Part shown: positions 61,692-64,000 of the stretch, one piece after another
How the letters are laid out: the number at the start of each line of letters is the position of its first letter
How positions within the stretch are numbered: position 1 is the stretch's first letter
From: Microgenomates group bacterium GW2011_GWF2_46_18
Lineage (GTDB): Bacteria > Patescibacteriota > Microgenomatia > UBA1400 > UBA12108
Reading direction: 5' to 3'
DNA length: 64,000 nt
Assembly (NCBI GenBank): GCA_001002415.1
Contig: LCMB01000005.1
Coordinates: forward strand, 13,621 to 77,620
Program-made: the position numbers and the translations under genes
Notes under the pieces: model-generated
What the model was told of the DNA's origin: nothing
The model's database searches: none
What the model saw: only the letters and a program-made list of their open reading frames with translations

Positions 61692-61744
61692 CCAGATCTG
61701 TTATAATTCACTCGTTATAGTCATATAGTTACTTAGGGAGATTT

Positions 61745-62446
61745 ATGTCCAACTACGCTCTTACCGCTCAAAAACGTACTGCCACTGGTCGCAAAGTCAA
61801 AGCCCTTCGCCGTGATGGGATTATTCCCGCCAATATTTTCGGCAAGAAAATCACCTCTCAGAGCATTCAAGTCGCCGCCAAACCCCTAGTTGAAACTCTC
61901 AAAAAAGCCGGTGAAACCGCACTAATCAATCTTACCGTCGAAGGCGACAAAGCCGCTCACCCCGTGCTTATTTCTGGCTACTCTCAAAATCCCGTGACCA
62001 ACGCGCTTTTACACGTGGATTTCCACGAAGTTGACTTGACTGTCAAGACTACCGCCATGGTTCCCCTTAAGGCCATCGGCGAAGCTCCCGCCATCGCCGC
62101 TGGTAACATTCTGGTTATGCTCAAAAATGAGGTTGAAGTCGAAGCACTCCCGGCCGATCTCCCCGATATCATTGAAGTGGACGTTACCTCTCTAGCCGAG
62201 GTCGGTGCCCACATCCTAGCCAAAGATCTCAAATTTGATCGAACCAAAGTTAAATTAGACCTTGAGGATGAGGAACAAATCGTTGTCATTCAAGAACCCG
62301 CCAAAGAACCAGAACCCGTGGTAGTCGCCGAAGAAGCTCCCGCCGAAGGTGAAGCTGCTCCCGCCGAAGGTGAGGGAACCAAACCCGCCGAAGGTGAAGC
62401 CGCTAAGCCAGAAGATAAAAAAGAAGAACCTAAGGCTGAAAAATAA
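61745..62446 (+). CDS. rplY: 50S ribosomal protein L25/general stress protein Ctc with acidic A/E/P-rich tail
   Basis: LTAQKRTATGRKVKALRRDGIIPANIFG...LHVDFHEV. The tail has APAEGE repeats (62336-62400). AGGGAG SD upstream. Confidence 0.9.
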   Translation: MSNYALTAQKRTATGRKVKALRRDGIIPANIFGKKITSQSIQVAAKPLVETLKKAGETALINLTVEGDKAAHPVLISGYSQNPVTNALLHVDFHEVDLTVKTTAMVPLKAIGEAPAIAAGNILVMLKNEVEVEALPADLPDIIEVDVTSLAEVGAHILAKDLKFDRTKVKLDLEDEEQIVVIQEPAKEPEPVVVAEEAPAEGEAAPAEGEGTKPAEGEAAKPEDKKEEPKAEK

Positions 62447-62918
62447 GGTTATTGGGGTCTAGTATTCTTGCCTGCTCCCAGTATTCTTGCGCCGCCTCCT
62501 CGTTGCCAATTGCTCGATACAACCTAGCTATTTCCAGCAATATATCTGGATATTCTGGGTAATCTTGCAGTTTTTCCTTTAGTTCCTGAATTCTTTTTTC
62601 CACTTTTCTCTCTGGGTATGCTTGATCCTCTAACTCTGTCTCCACCCCCAACACTTCTTGAGTTTGATTATTGATTATTGGTGTTTGGTTATTCCACAAT
62701 TCTCTGGCCGTGGCATAATCACCAACACTTGCTGCTTTTTCAATCATTTCCCAGTTGTTTTTTGCCCCTGCCGTACTGTCTTTCCCGCCAACTCTCGACA
62801 AAACCAAAACCAGGGCAACCAAGCCCAATCCTAAATATGGCCAGGGTAGGGGATTTTTCCCCGCTACCCTCCCCCCGTATTTTTCCAAACTCCGCCAAAA
62901 ACCCATCTGTTTCTTCAC
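62430..62918 (-). CDS. TM-anchored TPR-repeat protein
   Basis: TM is LPWPYLGLGLVALVLVL. TPR-like YATARELWNN and LLEIARLYRAIGNEEAAQEYWEQARILDPNN. Confidence 0.6.
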   Translation of the reverse strand: MKKQMGFWRSLEKYGGRVAGKNPLPWPYLGLGLVALVLVLSRVGGKDSTAGAKNNWEMIEKAASVGDYATARELWNNQTPIINNQTQEVLGVETELEDQAYPERKVEKRIQELKEKLQDYPEYPDILLEIARLYRAIGNEEAAQEYWEQARILDPNNLIFQP

Positions 62919-62937
62919 CTCTTGAGTATATCAGCTA

Positions 62938-63852
62938 ATGTCGGTGTATCATTCAACTATGCTTTCTAAGCGCTTGTTAGCCATTCTTACTCTTTTATTC
63001 CTTGGTTTGGGATTTGCCAGTATGGGGGTAGCATCACGATGGATGAATGAGGGTTTTGGAAATTTTACTCAAGTTTTTCTTCGAGTTTTGGGCGCCTTCA
63101 TTCTCATTACCATCATTTTTTGGCGCGACATCTCGTGGCGTAAAATCTTTCGCCTGGGTCTTCGCGACTGGCTAATTCTCCTGGCGATCGGTACCCTGGG
63201 ATACGCCGTGATGGTTTATACGATTACCAAAGCCGCTCTCCTTACTAATCTAGTTAGCGTTTCTGTTCTTTATTCAACGGTTCCTTTTTGGGTTTATTTC
63301 TATGGACTTGCTCTTTCTCGTCAAAAATTTTCGTGGTTTATCGCTGGTCTGCTCATTATTTCCTCTTGGGCCATCGGGATGATTGCATCTGGTAATTTAG
63401 TTCCTCACTTCGGTCAATTTGGCCTTGGAGAAATTTTAGCTCTCGCCGCCGCTGCGTTCGATGCCGTCTGGTATATGGGGATTAAACTCATGGAAGGAAA
63501 ACTTAATTCGCGAGAAATTACCGTGGTTGCCCTAGCTATAGCCTCCATTTCTACTTTTTTTATGCGCCAAATCCTAGGAGAACCTTTTAGTTTTTCCGCC
63601 TTTACCAACTGGCATGTAGTCGCCGCCCTCATTTTTGGCATCCTGCAAAATGGTTGGGTGACACCCCTTATGGCGTTTTCTCTAAAACACATCGATGAAG
63701 TTGTCGCCACTCAAATTCTGTTAGTTGAAAATATCTATGCTCTTTGCTGGGGATACTTCCTCTATGGCGAAACTATTGGTGTCATCCAAGCGCTTGGGGT
63801 AGCAATTATCATCACCAGTGTTTATCTCATGAACAAAATTCAAACATCTTAA
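62938..63852 (+). CDS. EamA/DMT-family transporter
   Basis: 304 aa, 10 TM helices in two EamA-like halves. Confidence 0.75.
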   Translation: MSVYHSTMLSKRLLAILTLLFLGLGFASMGVASRWMNEGFGNFTQVFLRVLGAFILITIIFWRDISWRKIFRLGLRDWLILLAIGTLGYAVMVYTITKAALLTNLVSVSVLYSTVPFWVYFYGLALSRQKFSWFIAGLLIISSWAIGMIASGNLVPHFGQFGLGEILALAAAAFDAVWYMGIKLMEGKLNSREITVVALAIASISTFFMRQILGEPFSFSAFTNWHVVAALIFGILQNGWVTPLMAFSLKHIDEVVATQILLVENIYALCWGYFLYGETIGVIQALGVAIIITSVYLMNKIQTS

Positions 63853-63853
63853 C

Positions 63854-63999
63854 TATTTTTTCTTGTCGGGTAATTTCGTAAATGAATATTCCTTAAATCC
63901 TACCAAGCTAGGACATCCCTGAGCATACCTCACTAATTTGTTCTTCGTATCAAATATAAAAGCCGAGTAAGTATAAACTTTATCTTCTTCGGGGGTTGT
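63854..63999 (-). CDS. 3' end of an unidentified gene entering from the right edge
   Basis: Own translation of the minus strand: ...TTPEEDKVYTYSAFIFDTKNKLVRYAQGCPSLVGFKEYSFTKLPDKKK-stop (TAG at 63854-63856). Open to the window edge. Confidence 0.35.
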
Positions 64000-64000
64000 A

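Noticed and set aside
62336-62400. Tandem cccgccgaaggtga repeats in the L25 tail as a possible variable repeat
   Set aside because: They encode an in-frame A/E/P-rich acidic tail, of a kind common in Ctc-type L25 extensions. With only about three imperfect units there is nothing to suggest a separate feature.
1-64000. CRISPR arrays, IS elements, transposases, integrases, rRNA genes and toxin-antitoxin or restriction-modification type defence genes
   Set aside because: I looked for direct-repeat/spacer periodicity, DDE or tyrosine-recombinase motifs and rRNA-like segments on both strands and recognised none. The only repeats are the two structured elements and short heptamer runs.
1-64000. 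Alternative genetic code (UGA recoding, as in some CPR lineages)
   Set aside because: Genes read full-length with the standard code. TGA is used as a genuine stop in ATGA-type coupled junctions (e.g. 29437-29440, 31226-29, 58345-48).

Overview
This is a 64-kb, almost gap-free chromosomal segment spanning the replication-origin region (dnaN-dnaA | rpmH-rnpA-yidD-yidC-jag) of a small-genome bacterium. The gene content includes SUF-only Fe-S assembly with a truncated SufD, a short PGK, the lower mevalonate pathway, ComF, SpoIID, many tiny two-TM pilin genes and a DUF4012 protein. From that I infer a Candidate Phyla Radiation/Patescibacteria (Microgenomates-like) origin; this is inference, not a search result. 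The left third carries pentose-phosphate and glycolysis genes, t6A genes (a TsaC-TsaE fusion and TsaD) and a suf operon with an Rrf2 regulator. The middle carries two tandem tRNA-Ser genes, a compositionally foreign mini-island, tmRNA/smpB, envelope genes, and uppS plus a lower-mevalonate operon. The standout is 33.4-51.4 kb. An ECF sigma module lies divergent from seven tandem T4SS-type pilin paralogs, followed by a Gram-positive-style type IV secretion core (VirB6-like, CHAP hydrolase, PrgI/VirB3-like, VirB4 ATPase). No relaxase or coupling protein is present in the window, and the locus is interrupted by a 1175-aa antisense orphan gene. Other signals are: a ~115-nt structured repeat present twice with compensatory stem changes; -10 boxes 6-8 nt from start codons (candidate leaderless genes); a frame-split DUF35 gene; a tRNA-Ser whose anticodon reads ACT; and a pyrimidine excess on the + strand that does not obviously flip at oriC. 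All calls come from manual reading and motif recognition; no searches were run.
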